Counted from the stretch's first letter, positions 13,724 to 26,603 are shown. The stretch is 64,000 nucleotides of DNA from Setoptus koraiensis (GCA_048013815.1 CM106586.1:2418001-2482000); one strand, 5' to 3'. The notes: a model not told the origin generated them from the sequence alone. Numbers and translations: made by a program.

Positions 13724-14438
13724 CGCATAGCCAAGGCGACATTCTAGTGTGAACAGAATGGTAATGGCGACCAGACAGACAGACAGACAGAAAATTGCTA
13801 CTGGGTACCAGCAGTTCGTCACTACAACAGCTGGCCAAAGTGAAAAAAGTAGCTGGCAACAGAACAGAAGTGGCGAAATTAATGCAAACAGGAACCTCTC
13901 ATGAGCATTTGCATATATGATGTAAGCGTGAGCGTCGAATGGCATGGCGAATCGAATGCGAATGCAACTGCGATTCCGACTGCGAATGCGAACAAACTCA
14001 TTAGGCAAATGGCGATGCATGTGTATGTGTGACATAATAATTGTTTGTTTAAGTAACGGCATATATTATTAATCAATACTTCAGTGGCATGCTAACAAAG
14101 TAATAGTCTCTTCGCTGTGTTCGCTGCCGAGCAGCTCACATTACTTCTCAATAATAATCTTGCCGCTTGTATAATAAGCGCTGTTTCTTGCGCAATCACA
14201 CTACTAACTAACTTTACTGTATTAGCAGCACACAGAAGCCGAAGTCAGATGGTGAATAATTGAGCAAATCATTCATTTCAAGTTGCACCACTATAGGCAT
14301 TAGCTATGTATGGTTGACCAGTGATCTAATGTCCGTCGGCCAAACAAGCCAGAGAGAGAAGAAGAATGAGAAGTAAAAGTAGCTGGCGAGCAGCTACTTT
14401 TACGATGATGACATCATTGCATCTTCCATCGATAAGAA

Positions 14439-14475
14439 GTTCTGATAGTTCTAATAGTTGTGATAGTTCTGATAG
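14439..14475. repeat. 9-bp tandem repeat (GTTCTGATA)x4
   Basis: gttctgata gttctaata gttgtgata gttctgata read directly. Confidence 0.85.
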
Positions 14476-17400
14476 AGATGTTAAAGTATTACTCGGTTGG
14501 CTCGCTTCTGCTCCAATGATGGCTAATTGGCGCCATCGCCATCATTATCATTAAGTTAGCAGCAACTGGTATGCGACTGTGTGTGTGCGTCTGAACCGTT
14601 TATCGTTTCACCTTAATGAGTTCTTTATGAGATTCAAAGCTTGGCATCGACATCACATATTCGCGTTGCATGCACATTACATAACTCTTCATTTTAGACA
14701 ACAGCATGAGCTTGTTTTTGTTGACTAACGTACGTAGTCTGTCTAGTGGAGTTGTTTTATGTGCCCATAGACATTGGTAGCAGCGGCAACTAGCATGCCG
14801 GCCATATGTGTACCTTCGCCTTTTATGTTGTGTCTGATGGGCATCATGAGGATAATGATCAAATAATGGCATCAACATGACAACAACGACGATTTGATCT
14901 TAGCAAACAATCCAATAAAAGTGTCTAATTAATTTCATCCAGCAACCAACGGCAATATAAGTTACAAGCTCTCGTTGTGTAGCTTGCCGACTGCTGACTG
15001 GCCGGTTGTCTGGCGTGTTATATTTGACATGAGTAAGTTTAACATGTTACATAATCCGAAACACATCGAATGGGCCTTTAGATTATGTATGTATGTATTA
15101 TTGCAGGGCCGTTAGTCGAGACATAAGCTAACATCAGTGGCGGTGGCGGCGGCAGTCAAATTATTATGATATCGTCGAGTTAGTTTTGCTTTTTGTAGTT
15201 GCAAGTTAATTGGTAGTCCCGCTAACACCACTCGGCAGCTTGATAAAATCACACACACAAACAGCTATTATACGATTAACACAATCGAGCATAATCACTC
15301 AGCGTGTTGTTTGCAGAGGCAACAACAACTAGCTGCCACTCTCTCTAGAGTAATTATTTACACATGTCAGTTAGCCTGCTTGGGATAAAAAGAGGGAGAG
15401 AGAGATAGAGATGGGAGAATTGTTTATTAGCGATGGAGAGTGAACATACTGAGTCAATGGTAGTGTCGCGAAAATTACCATCAAACACACAGACATTTGA
15501 TTCAATTGAATCGTATTTGACTCAGACATCTGATTTGTTGAAAAAAGAAACCAATCTTATTTTGTCAGTTTCGCTAGATAACAGTTTAACAGTTAGCTGT
15601 TGTTTTTGATTGGCAACGAGGCCCATGAGAGCGTCCGAGGTGCGAGGATTGGCTTATGCGAATCAAATCAGATGGTGAGTTAATTTCTCACCGTCATCTG
15701 GTTGTCATGTGATGATGATCTCACACTATTCTATATTGCATTAGGGCTCTAGTAAGGAAACTAACTACACAATATCAAAACAATATTACTGTACGCCAGC
15801 GTGTATGTGGGGACAGATGGCAATAATTGGCTGAATAAATCAATTGATGGAAACAGTATAGTTAGTTAGTATCAAAGCGGCGCCACGAACAGCCAGTAGG
15901 AAAATTTTCGCCTTCGAAAAACTTCTTTCGCCTTCTGTCTTCTTATCGACACACCATCAACATTGACGAAGCTACCATGTTACGTAAGCTATTAACTATG
16001 GCTTATGATATAACTCCGGATGACAGAATGAAGAAAAAAAGACAAATGTGTTCAGTCGATCGGTCACAAAATGGGCTCTCTTTAGCATGTAGCAGTCTAG
16101 GTAGTTTAACGGTAAGAATATCGTCCGTGACTTTCCGTCCAACCAGTTGTTGCTCACTTGTCATTAGCATGATCGTTATCATAAACGTCCATTCATTTAC
16201 ATTAGTGTGAACAGAGGGAGAGCGATAACAAGAGGAGGAAGAAGAAGACGGAGGAATTATCGTGAAAAGAGAACTCAGAGAGGCGGAATACCGAAAAATT
16301 ATCCGGTGTAGTGTGTAGTTATCGTGTTGATTATCGTTCCATGATCACCGTTCACAAAATAACCATGTTGTTTGTCTTAATATCTCTAGCAGAAACACAA
16401 CATTTGTTTGTGATGTCGGTGGTGGCAAACTATCCATCACCATTACCGTTGTCTCAATTAGACTCACAACCACTACTAAAACTTACTACACGGTTACACC
16501 CTTCCTTTCGATTAATTTATCATACTGGCCACTCGGACTCTTTCTCTCTCTCTCTCGCTCGCTCTCTCGCTCTCTCGCTCGCTCAATCTATCTTTTGCCT
16601 TTAACCTGCCCAATCCTTCCTTAATTGACTATTACGGTCATATGATAATGATTATTGCTAATAAAAAAATTAAATATTTATATATATAACGTAATTATCA
16701 GAGATATAGTCAAATGAAAGAGTACGCACACACAAATAAGCGACAGACGAAGAATCTTCTTTTTCGCCCATTTATTATTGGGCGTAAATGGTCAGAGCTG
16801 TCAAAGTTGTTCTCCTTGTCTGTTGCTCAACGTTGATTTAGATTTACAACATTCACATTCATCTAGATCGAACTTGAAATAATTGTTGTTTGTAACTTTT
16901 TCAATGATTTATTAGCTCACTGAACCATAAATGAATGAATTGATGAATGAAGTTGTATTCAATTTTTCTTTCTCTATCTCTCTTCAGCTCTCTGCAATTA
17001 TAACAAGCTAGAGCAAAAGTTTGAATTTTAGTTAAGTTTATCTTCATCCATCTCACTCAACTAGACAAACCATCATTAGTTCTAATACAAATCGATTCAA
17101 ATGTATAAATTTGAGGTTTGACCTAACTAACTACGAGCAAAATCGTTCATTTTTTGATCTGAATCAATTAATTCATGTCACCATACTAGAACACTGTTAG
17201 ATTATATTTAATAATTAGATCTAACCAACGATTATATAGTCACTGCTGTTGTTGTTATGTAATTTAATATCATCAATTGGTGGCACCATTCGAGCAAGTA
17301 AATCCTAGATAGTCAATATTGATTAACTGTGAACAAATAACCGCACATGTTGCCTATGATTTCATAGACTTTCCAAATCACTCATTGGTTTTTTCCAATG

Positions 17401-19985
17401 ACTGTGACAAGACGATAAACCCTTTTGTGACATACCCTTTGTTTCGCTTGCTCATCAAGTTTTTAACGCCGTCGCTAATGCTGACTTGTAAAGCTGCACT
17501 CAAATAATGCGGGTTTTCTCATTGAAATTCAACCAAAAAAACAGCTCGCTACTTTTAATGGCGAGCTCAAAAATTGTATTAATATAAACCAGCAACAAAA
17601 GAGGCAATTAATTGTACATGGTGAACGAACAAGTACAAACACATTGCCGGGATTGATACCAAACCGATATGTCTAGCAGCTTTTAGAGGCTCGCATGTAT
17701 AACTAATGAGCGTAGATGTCAAGCTGATATATTGCTGTAAGAACAATCATTCAGTATTATGGGTAGTAAACTTAACAGCTCAGGTGCTAGCTGATAAGTT
17801 GTTTTGTTAACATTACCGTGAACAACTTCCTGTTCGATATTGGATTCAGCACACAAAACATTACAAATCGCACTTTACAATGCTGTTCAAATTTCGAAGG
17901 CTTGGTGGTATCAAGTCAAAATCGAGGCTAGATTCAAACCATAACTTTCGTTGATTACGTCAATTTGACTGTTGTTATTATAGGAAACGAATCTAGGTTA
18001 AACTATCACACACATGTTGATGGTCTGTGCGGCGATTCTTTCGATTGTATATCTTCATCCGGTGTTAAGGTCTAATTGTACGCAATATATATGTATTCTT
18101 GAATTATACGAATGTGTATAGCATGTATTCAACATTCTATACACAATCGACTAATTTCGACATGATCTCAACATTCAAAATTAACTGGAGCGACAAATTG
18201 TTTGTAACCAATTGAGCGTTTCGCTGGTCTTTTGGACACCTCAACTCATTCCAACCTCACAACAAGGTCCAACCAGCCAGGAGACGTCAATCTCGGTAGG
18301 CTACAACATGTTGGATATCAAGACGGCGTGACATATTGTTTAGTGTTTTACTCTATCGCTAACGAATAGTCTATCTGGAATGCTCGAAAAATTTGTTAAC
18401 GAAGAACACAAAAAGCTATTTTGTCGCCCTCATTCGATTTCCAAGTAAACTATTCACAACTTTTTGTGTTACTTTTTTGCCCATAGGAAAATAGTAGAAC
18501 ATATTATAGCCTGAAGATGGCATCACAAACGTTTTGGGCGTGTGTCCTCATGTCCACGACATGATCACACCATTATTGTTGATTACGTTGCGAGACGTAT
18601 TATTCATATTTATACCGGCTGCGAGCTTGATCATATTAAACTACTATTATCATTATTATTGTCATCTTGATATAGTGCTTCTGTCTAGACATCACGTCAC
18701 GATATAAGATAGAATCTGTTCCAAACAAAATGACTGACAGAAATCCGGAAGAGACCAAAGCAGATCACGAGGAAGACGGTGAGTTACAATTCTTTCATTT
18801 GTTTTATTCTGCCATAGGACACCCTCAATAACCGATTTACCTCTTCGAACCCCGACATAAATACTCCCGAAATAATATTAGAGGAAATCAAGAATCTCCG
18901 CTTGATCAACGACAAGTATCGCTACAGGATTCAAATCTTGGAGGCTGCAGTTAGTGAGATGAAAGCTAAACTTGCCTGAGCCGATGGGCCCATCAGTCGA
19001 AACATTCGACTAAATAAAAACCTGGACCCTCTATCGAGATATGTGATGATTTTTAGATTCGGTTTCAAGCAGAATAATTTTAGTGTCTGGTGATTTTCTA
19101 GGTTCCGTACAGGTGCTTCCGTCGCAACTCTACAACTCTCAATACGCTCAATCATCGGCACCTGACAAGGCTTCTTGACAAGGTCTCGCCTTTGATGCTC
19201 ATGGTTTATTCCGGTGGAGTCTGATTGTCTGACAATTCTCTATGAGCCTAGTTTTATGAAACTAGAGATAATGCGTGTGCAGAATAAATGACAACAACGG
19301 CTTCAAATGACCGTTCTTTTGCCTATTTTCAGTTGTTTACTGTATGAAGTTTCTCCAATGCCTTAAACCCAGTACAAGAGAAATCCGACAGGGCGGCGTT
19401 GCTCAGCTTTCTACAACCAGTGTATCGCCCTCAGGGCACGCTGCAACAAGCAATCAAAAAAGAAATCATTTTACGAAACAATGTGCCGTTGACTGCACAT
19501 TTTTTGGACGACGCCAGCGTCCCTGCCGGATCTTTCTTGAACCAAGAGTGAGAGCGTTGGAAAAACCTCACACACCAGTAGTTACACTACGGATTATGTG
19601 AGCAACGCACTCTCACAGTTGTTTTTACGTTCCTATTTTTGTTTGTTTCGTTTCTAACGCAATATCAGCGACGCCGATTCAGCGTTTGTTGTTGGTAATG
19701 GTATGAAATGACGCTGCTGTTATTTCTGTTTTAGTGAACTATGCGTCATTCTTGTCTATTTAATAGCTCGTATTATTATCACTGCTGTTATTATTATCAT
19801 TATTCTCTATCAATTGCTTACATAATTCTACAATCTCCATGATTAATGTATTAATAATATTGAATTATTATTGAAAAACAACGACGACAATTTACCCATT
19901 GGACAGCTAGACAGATACTCAAAAATAAACAAAAGTCCGATATAGATATACATCTCTATCAGATTATCAAATTGGATAACTTTAC

Positions 19986-22025
19986 ATGGAGATCATATAC
20001 AATCGACACGTTACCTTTGTAACGACTATTCTTATCTCAATATTGTTTGTTGGGATAGATGGACTAAATCTGAAAGCTTTCAATGTTGTTTACGAAGAGT
20101 CAAATGAATTTATATTCAACACCACCAGAACGCTAACTCTGCCCCAATGTAACGGCTATCATGCTTGCCTTTTGAAGAATGGTACTTTTCAGTCAGGTTA
20201 TACATTAGATGTCGACAAATTGGGCCACTATGAAGCTGGTCTTGGTTACTTCAAAACATCGAAGAAAGATAAAAAACTAGATAAAGTCACCGACGACTTA
20301 TGTCCGCTCGGCTATCATATACAAATCCATACTCATTGTAACACTCATTGGCACCCGCCAATCCATTTGCATCACGCCAACTGCAAGGAAATATTTGAAT
20401 GGAGTTCTCCTTTTGCCTGTACCGATCACGTGGTGGTCACTCAAGAGAGCCAATGTTATACTTACAATAAACAGGGCCAACTTATCAGCTTAATACCCCT
20501 GCTAAAGTCGGACGGCTCAGGCTATCAAGTGAATGCATCTAGATTCTCCGACACCAATGGAAATTTTCACATCAATGTCTGTAACGAAGCTAGCATAGAG
20601 TGTGGTCCTAATGTTTCATCTTGCTTCACATCAAAACAGAATGGAACTATTGAAGCAGGCTTCAATAATCTTACTCGCATTAATTGGGATGCAACTGAGA
20701 ACGCCACCATCATCACTTACCTTGGTCAACACAACCCAGCGTGTATAGATAATCAGAGAACTAAAACAACCATTCGTTTTAGATGTCCCAGCTCAATCCG
20801 TCTCAAAACGCAACCAACATTAGTTTCAACTAGCCCTTGCGAAAGTGTGATAGATTGGGAAACTATACACGCATGTCCTGAATCAAACATAACGGCAAAG
20901 GCTACGGAATGTTTGCTGAAACTTGACCACTATAATATTAGTGTCCCAATAACAGATCTAACCAATGGGAGGAATGAGGTGGATGTCGATGACGTCAAAG
21001 TGAATCAAACAGACTATACCATGAAATTGGGTATATGCAAAGGTTTATCTAGCTTCCCATGTGCAGGAAAACTAGTTAGCACTGAAACTGCCTGCCTCAT
21101 CCCGAAGAATGATAAAAACATTAAACAAGAGCATAGTGAGTCAAGGATTGTGGGATCTATTATAGACGGTACTATTAGGTTAGCGGACAACACAGTCATC
21201 ATTCATTATCCCACCAATGAAGCTTGTGTCTCATCCGATGAGACTCAAAAAACAGCTCAAAAAACGTCAACTAGAATTGAATTTAGTTGTGATCCAAACG
21301 CTGATGATACTAATAGCAAACCAAAATTTGTAGGGTACGAAGATTGTTCCTATGTGTTTTCCTGGCCTTCAAAGCAACTCTGTCACAAGATATATCTTGA
21401 TCAAGGCTCTCTCGAACAGGTTAACAAGACTTTCATGAGGAACACCGGTGAGCAGATAGAAAAACCCTCTGTAGTCGTCACCCCCAAGACCACAAACAGC
21501 TCAACTGTTGTCGCGGAGAAAAACCATACGCTAAATGAACACCACGAGCACAAGGAAAAACCTGAGCAAAAGGAAAAACATGAGCAAAAGGTAGAGTCTA
21601 CCCACACGAAAGAGTCTACCCATACGAAAGAGTCCAATCATACGAAAGAGTCCAACCATACGGTAGAGTCGAACAATGGACATCATGTTTTTAGTGGAGA
21701 GGAACTCCACGAAAATACCAATACCGATGCGAACTCCCATTATAATAGTCATCAGGAGGACCACCACCAAGCGTCTCCTCAACCCTCTGTAAACAAATCG
21801 GTTAAACGAACCGACAAGGCTCCTGACGGCAATCGATTTCACAAGATAGTTATGATTAGTTTGATATTAATTTCATTCATTGCATGTTTTGTGATAATTG
21901 TATACCTAAATGCTAAAACTAGATTGACCAGACCTCTCAACAGCTTCAGGTCTAGAAATCAACAAGCCGCTAATGTACCCTACAGAAGAGTTGTTGACGA
22001 TTATGGGGAGAATGGTGATTTATGA
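19986..22025 (+). CDS. Mannose-6-phosphate receptor homology (MRH) domain sorting receptor, Lerp/CI-MPR-like, intronless
   Basis: Signal peptide; three MRH-like modules ending in FEWSSPFAC, IDWETIHAC and YVFSWPSKQLC; His/Glu/Thr-rich stalk; TM (IVMISLILISFIACFVIIVYL); short tail with YRRV (YxxPhi) and acidic C-terminus DDYGENGDL. Confidence 0.85.
   Translation: MEIIYNRHVTFVTTILISILFVGIDGLNLKAFNVVYEESNEFIFNTTRTLTLPQCNGYHACLLKNGTFQSGYTLDVDKLGHYEAGLGYFKTSKKDKKLDKVTDDLCPLGYHIQIHTHCNTHWHPPIHLHHANCKEIFEWSSPFACTDHVVVTQESQCYTYNKQGQLISLIPLLKSDGSGYQVNASRFSDTNGNFHINVCNEASIECGPNVSSCFTSKQNGTIEAGFNNLTRINWDATENATIITYLGQHNPACIDNQRTKTTIRFRCPSSIRLKTQPTLVSTSPCESVIDWETIHACPESNITAKATECLLKLDHYNISVPITDLTNGRNEVDVDDVKVNQTDYTMKLGICKGLSSFPCAGKLVSTETACLIPKNDKNIKQEHSESRIVGSIIDGTIRLADNTVIIHYPTNEACVSSDETQKTAQKTSTRIEFSCDPNADDTNSKPKFVGYEDCSYVFSWPSKQLCHKIYLDQGSLEQVNKTFMRNTGEQIEKPSVVVTPKTTNSSTVVAEKNHTLNEHHEHKEKPEQKEKHEQKVESTHTKESTHTKESNHTKESNHTVESNNGHHVFSGEELHENTNTDANSHYNSHQEDHHQASPQPSVNKSVKRTDKAPDGNRFHKIVMISLILISFIACFVIIVYLNAKTRLTRPLNSFRSRNQQAANVPYRRVVDDYGENGDL
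21591..21674 (+). repeat. 18-bp coding tandem repeat encoding (V/K)ES(T/N)HT, about 4 copies, in the receptor stalk
   Basis: gtagagtctacccacacg aaagagtctacccatacg aaagagtccaatcatacg aaagagtccaaccatacg gtagagtcgaac. Confidence 0.85.
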
Positions 22026-22673
22026 GTGTACGAAATAAGTCAAACAAGCAAATGTAACAGCAGGATTCCTAAGAAATGTTATGTGATATATACAGTATCG
22101 ACTTATTAGTTCGAACAACACATGAGTATAAATAATTAGTCGTGTAGTCATAATGATATCTCGTGAACAACTATACTAGTTTCTTCTGTCACTTGATTAT
22201 TTGAACTTTGATTTAGATTTGTTTATATTTTTATTTATTCTTGCTTGGCATGAACAATTACAGTCTTTCGATTCAAAGACATGTAATTCGTCATGCGATA
22301 ATGCGAACTAACAAGCTGTAAGTCTGCGCGTTTCATCGAGCACATGAGATAGCGTTCGATGGTACGGGCACAGAAATCAACTACAACAATAACAGTTGTA
22401 GGAGTAACTGGAAATTGGATTCTGGAAGGCCAAATCATCAACTTCACCACCTGTTGCCTTACTTCTGTTGGTTCTATCAGTCACATAATATTAAGTGTTA
22501 CATAATAGAATTGCTCATACGTCTTTTCTATATCCAATCAATTTATATATCAATAGAAGATTTACAATCGTTTCAAATCAATGCAACTGTATATCATGTT
22601 TTGATTGAGAAACGAAAAAAAGGACTAAAACACTGTAAGAAGATTCTGTGGGTCGATATAAAAGCAACAGATT

Positions 22674-22681
22674 TATCGATA
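22674..22681. promoter_or_regulatory. DRE-like palindrome TATCGATA about 125 bp upstream of the TMCO4 ATG
   Basis: Exact match to the DREF-binding element of Drosophila housekeeping promoters. An 8-mer also occurs by chance, and other copies lie at non-promoter sites in this window. Confidence 0.35.
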
Positions 22682-22805
22682 TGATAGGATTTTTATATAA
22701 GAACCAAAGCAACTATGTTAGGACAACAACTATAGAATTTATGTAAACAAGGGCTACTTTTTTTTCTCAATAGGATCTCGTTAGAAATTAATAAAGGGAC
22801 GAGAA

Positions 22806-24766
22806 ATGAAAGATGCTAGTAGTAGCCGGATACAAATACCCCCATCAAATTCTGCATCCTCGTCGCTTTCATCAACAGCCAGCAATGTGATAACAGATGT
22901 GGTTGCCTACTCACTTTGTGCATTATGCTCTATCAATCTCAGAAAACTATATCCCGAACAATGCCACGAGTAAGTGCAAACAACTGGTGGAGATCTAAAC
23001 CCAGTTAACGTACTTCAACTAAATTATTGATTATTCTCTATCCTTTTTTTACCTGAAACACAACCATATGTGTCACTATATAATAATTTGTAGATCTTAC
23101 AGAGAGAATACCATCAAATGTTTAGCGGAACACTTTAACTTACCGAAGAAGGTTCACACATCGATGCAGGAATTTTTAAAAGAGGAGTTTGATTATGCAC
23201 ATGAAAGAGCTTTCGTCAATACTATTAGAAAAAACTGTGATACTGGCTATTTCAAGGTCATAGAAGAACTACTCATATTCTCTGTTAAATTTGGTGCATA
23301 TGACGCAAGATCACATTATCTTATATTGGAGATAGCTTGGCTACTGGGTGTCCCAAAAGATCTGGTTGAAATTTATGGAGAATCTGTATTCAAGATGCTC
23401 TCTTTGGAGGCTCATCAAGAAAACAGCGATGAAACCAAAGCCAGAGAGAAACGTGAAACCAGAAAAAAATACAAGAAATATTTTATGATTGGACTTGCCT
23501 CTATTGGTGGAGGAGCTGTGATCGGAGTTACCGGGGGTCTTGCCGCACCTATAGTTGCTAGTGCTGTAGCTGGAGTATTGGGTGCCGGAAGTCTAGCGAT
23601 GAGCACTGCCGCGGTAGGAATTGTTGGATCTCTGTTTGGAGTTGCCGGAGCAGGACTAACAGCTTCAAAAATGAACAAGAGAATTGGAGATTTAGAGGAG
23701 TTTGCTTTCGAGTCACTTTCTCCAGATGATGATCAGACATCACTCACTATCACAATCGCAGTATCCGGCTGGGTTTCTGATGAACGTGATCAATCCTTTT
23801 CTAAACCGTGGAAATTTCTTCGACACACAAAGGAGCAATACTGTATTCGTTACGAATCGAAGTATCTGCTAGAACTTAGCCGGGCGATGGACTATTTGTT
23901 AAGTTTTGTAGTATCATATGCGACACAAGAGGCACTCAAGTATACATTTCTTGCAGGGTTCATGGCAGCTATAGCATGGCCTACAGCTTTGATTACTATG
24001 GCCAACATCATAGATAATCCCTGGGATGTTTGTATTGGCAGATCGGCCCAAGCTGGAAAGCATCTAGCTGATGTTCTCATTTCTAGGCAACAAGGGAAAA
24101 GACCTGTATCCCTGATTGGGTTTAGCTTAGGAGCGAGAGTTATCTTTTTCTGTCTTCAAGAGATGTCTCAGAGAGCAGATTGTGAGGGAATCATAGGCGA
24201 TGTAGTATTATTAGGTGCTCCTGTTACAGCTTCCATAGATCAATGGAAGCCATTCTCACGCCTTATATGTGGAACTATCATAAATGGGTACTGTTCCAGT
24301 GATTGGTTGCTGAAATTCCTCTACAGAACATCATCTGCCGCGATAAAAGTTGCTGGACTGCAAGAAATCAAGTGGTCTGACAAACGACTGAAGAATGTTG
24401 ACCTGTCACCAATCGTGAGTACAAGAGTTTAATCAAGAATGATGATTCAGAATAATCAGTGACCATTTTTAACATACAATGCATCCCTGCGTCTTTGAAC
24501 CCCTCTAGGTTAACGGACACATGGACTATTACAAAAAATTGAGCGATGTCTTAGAATACGTTGGAGTCAAGACTGTATCGCCAACTTGCGATGATCTCAT
24601 CTCATCTAATGACAGCGGCATTGGTAGAACAACTTCTAATATGACCGATATATCTCAACAATCACAGTCAGTTTTACCACAGCAAATAAGAAAGTATAAA
24701 TCTGATCTCGAAGTAGATAAATTCAAGCGAAGAAAGCTTAAGAGGATTAGAAATAAAACCATCTAG
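22806..24766 (+). CDS. TMCO4: TMCO4 (DUF726, alpha/beta-hydrolase-like); exons 22806..22969, 23094..24414, 24509..24766
   Basis: Motifs YFMIGLASIGGGAVIGVTGGLAAP, GSLFGVAGAGL, RPVSLIGFSLGARVIFFCL, VVLLGAPV, NGYCSSDWLLKFLYR, VDLSPI|VNGHMDY. Both introns (22970..23093, 24415..24508) are GT-AG and keep the frame. Confidence 0.93.
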
Positions 24767-25271
24767 AACCAGTTGTTTACAACGATAATTTGTTAATGAC
24801 CATAGAGAGCTATGGGATAATCGTCATCTTTAGTAGTCTCTAGAACGCTGGATATTTAGTCACTCTGTCGCATATGGTAACTTCATTTATCTGAAGTAAT
24901 CAAGTTCGTTGCGAGAGTCATTATGAGTGGTTATAGAAGGATTCTAATCCAGGGTTCAGAGGATCACTATAGAATGCCAGTGATTAATCACTCCTCAAAA
25001 ATAATTCCAAACGAACAAATCGGGTAGTGTTGATAATGACCTTCGGTATACTACTTCGTCTAGATTTGATTCTATTAATTGTTGGATGCTTTTCATAGTA
25101 GCTTAGTTCTGTATTTAAGAAGTAAAGTATCGTTAGGAGACTTTTATAATAATTATAATTGATTGGCGATATTGAAGTCTTTTTAGAACATTTTCCAAAT
25201 TGATCGAAAGGATCACATGAAGTGCAACGGCTCTCTAACAACATTTCTGAACTTCTGTGAGCCAACTTTTT

Positions 25272-26603
25272 TCAAGGTCTAAGATGCCTCTCGCGATAAG
25301 ACCTTTCTATCCATTTCCAGAAGCTCAGACGATAGTTAACGGGATCATCCACGGTCGTATGGTTCCATTGAAATATCAAATAAATAGCACATATCGATAT
25401 AAGTAACAAACAAGTAATAACTATGAAGGCCCAAAGGCACCAGCATACGCGTCTTCTACCCCTTCTTTCGCTGTCTCGAAGTAGATACTCAAATGCTGGC
25501 GATGGTTTTTTGATATATTGACTGTGAGTCACAACATCAGTTGATACTAAATTTGTGATGGAAGGTTTCTTCATTATAGACTTTCTTGGTTTCTCAAAAT
25601 CATTGTCATCGCCAATATTGTTCATTTTACTCAAAGTTTGTTGATGGAAGTCTATGCTGTTGTCTAGATTATACCCAGCTTGTGGCAGTAGCGGTTGGTC
25701 AGCTGAGGCATAAACTTCTCTGATCTTATCTGAAGCTACCATGTTCTTGGTACCTTTTGTGGTATCTTTATGTTTTCGCTCGATGCTTTTGTTGCGACGA
25801 AATGAGCTTCTGGGAGCCGGAAAGTTATCATTTACATTACTCGGATTGTTTGCACCAGAAAATTGTGTAGTTTTGGATGATTTAGAATGAAAGTTTTTTA
25901 ACTTTTCCGGGTTATTTGTCATGATAGCAACTTGATCCATTCTATCAAGTGGTGTATTATTAGGGTGATTGCTGGATTGGATATCCCCTGATATAAAACT
26001 ACTTTGATATTTGTTACTATTATTAGTGGGTTCTATCACTATATGTCTAGTCTTGAATCTGGATGGACTATCTTCTTCTAAATGATTGTCGTTAAGATTG
26101 GTCTCTAGAACACTAAATACTTGATTGCTTTGTGCCAATTGATAACTATTTCTTTTTCTCCTTGCAGGTGAACTCCTGAATTGTTTTTGGTGTTGAGTGC
26201 TACCGTCTGTAGGAGAGAGTCCTCCACCAGTTTCTAATGTGTATTTCTGCTTAGATGCTGCTGGCCAATCACATGAATCATTGGAGTTATTCTTGTTGCT
26301 TGTTGTTTCGAAAGATGGTGTAGTGGAATGATGGTGAAAATTGTTGTTCTCAGAAGAGTCGGTTTCCGGTGAGCCATTAGAAGTGTCTCTACTAGAGGAT
26401 AGAATAGTTAAGTTTCTGTTGTTGTTGGTGTACGCGACATTAGCTGCAGTTTGATGATTGTATGGTAAATCATTGATTAACACCATTTCCTCATGCTTGT
26501 TGCCCCTCTGATGCTGATGACTGGCATTGTCTGACATGATGATTGGTCGTTGTTTCTGACGATAGTAATCCATGGTGTGACTGGTCATAAAATGTGCATT
26601 CAA
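25272..26603 (-). CDS. Uncharacterised protein: long disordered N-terminus and one C-terminal transmembrane helix
   Basis: 443-aa ORF rich in S/N/T/D; basic stretch RRGRRR followed by VCWCLWAFIVITCLLLISICAIYLIFQW. No family recognised. Confidence 0.7.
   Translation of the reverse strand: MNAHFMTSHTMDYYRQKQRPIIMSDNASHQHQRGNKHEEMVLINDLPYNHQTAANVAYTNNNRNLTILSSSRDTSNGSPETDSSENNNFHHHSTTPSFETTSNKNNSNDSCDWPAASKQKYTLETGGGLSPTDGSTQHQKQFRSSPARRKRNSYQLAQSNQVFSVLETNLNDNHLEEDSPSRFKTRHIVIEPTNNSNKYQSSFISGDIQSSNHPNNTPLDRMDQVAIMTNNPEKLKNFHSKSSKTTQFSGANNPSNVNDNFPAPRSSFRRNKSIERKHKDTTKGTKNMVASDKIREVYASADQPLLPQAGYNLDNSIDFHQQTLSKMNNIGDDNDFEKPRKSIMKKPSITNLVSTDVVTHSQYIKKPSPAFEYLLRDSERRGRRRVCWCLWAFIVITCLLLISICAIYLIFQWNHTTVDDPVNYRLSFWKWIERSYRERHLRP

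Noticed and set aside
10216-14878. Many overlapping 60-170 aa ORFs in all frames
   Set aside because: They arise from GC-rich, microsatellite-rich DNA; the translations are Cys/His/Arg-rich with no family motifs or consistent splice structure.
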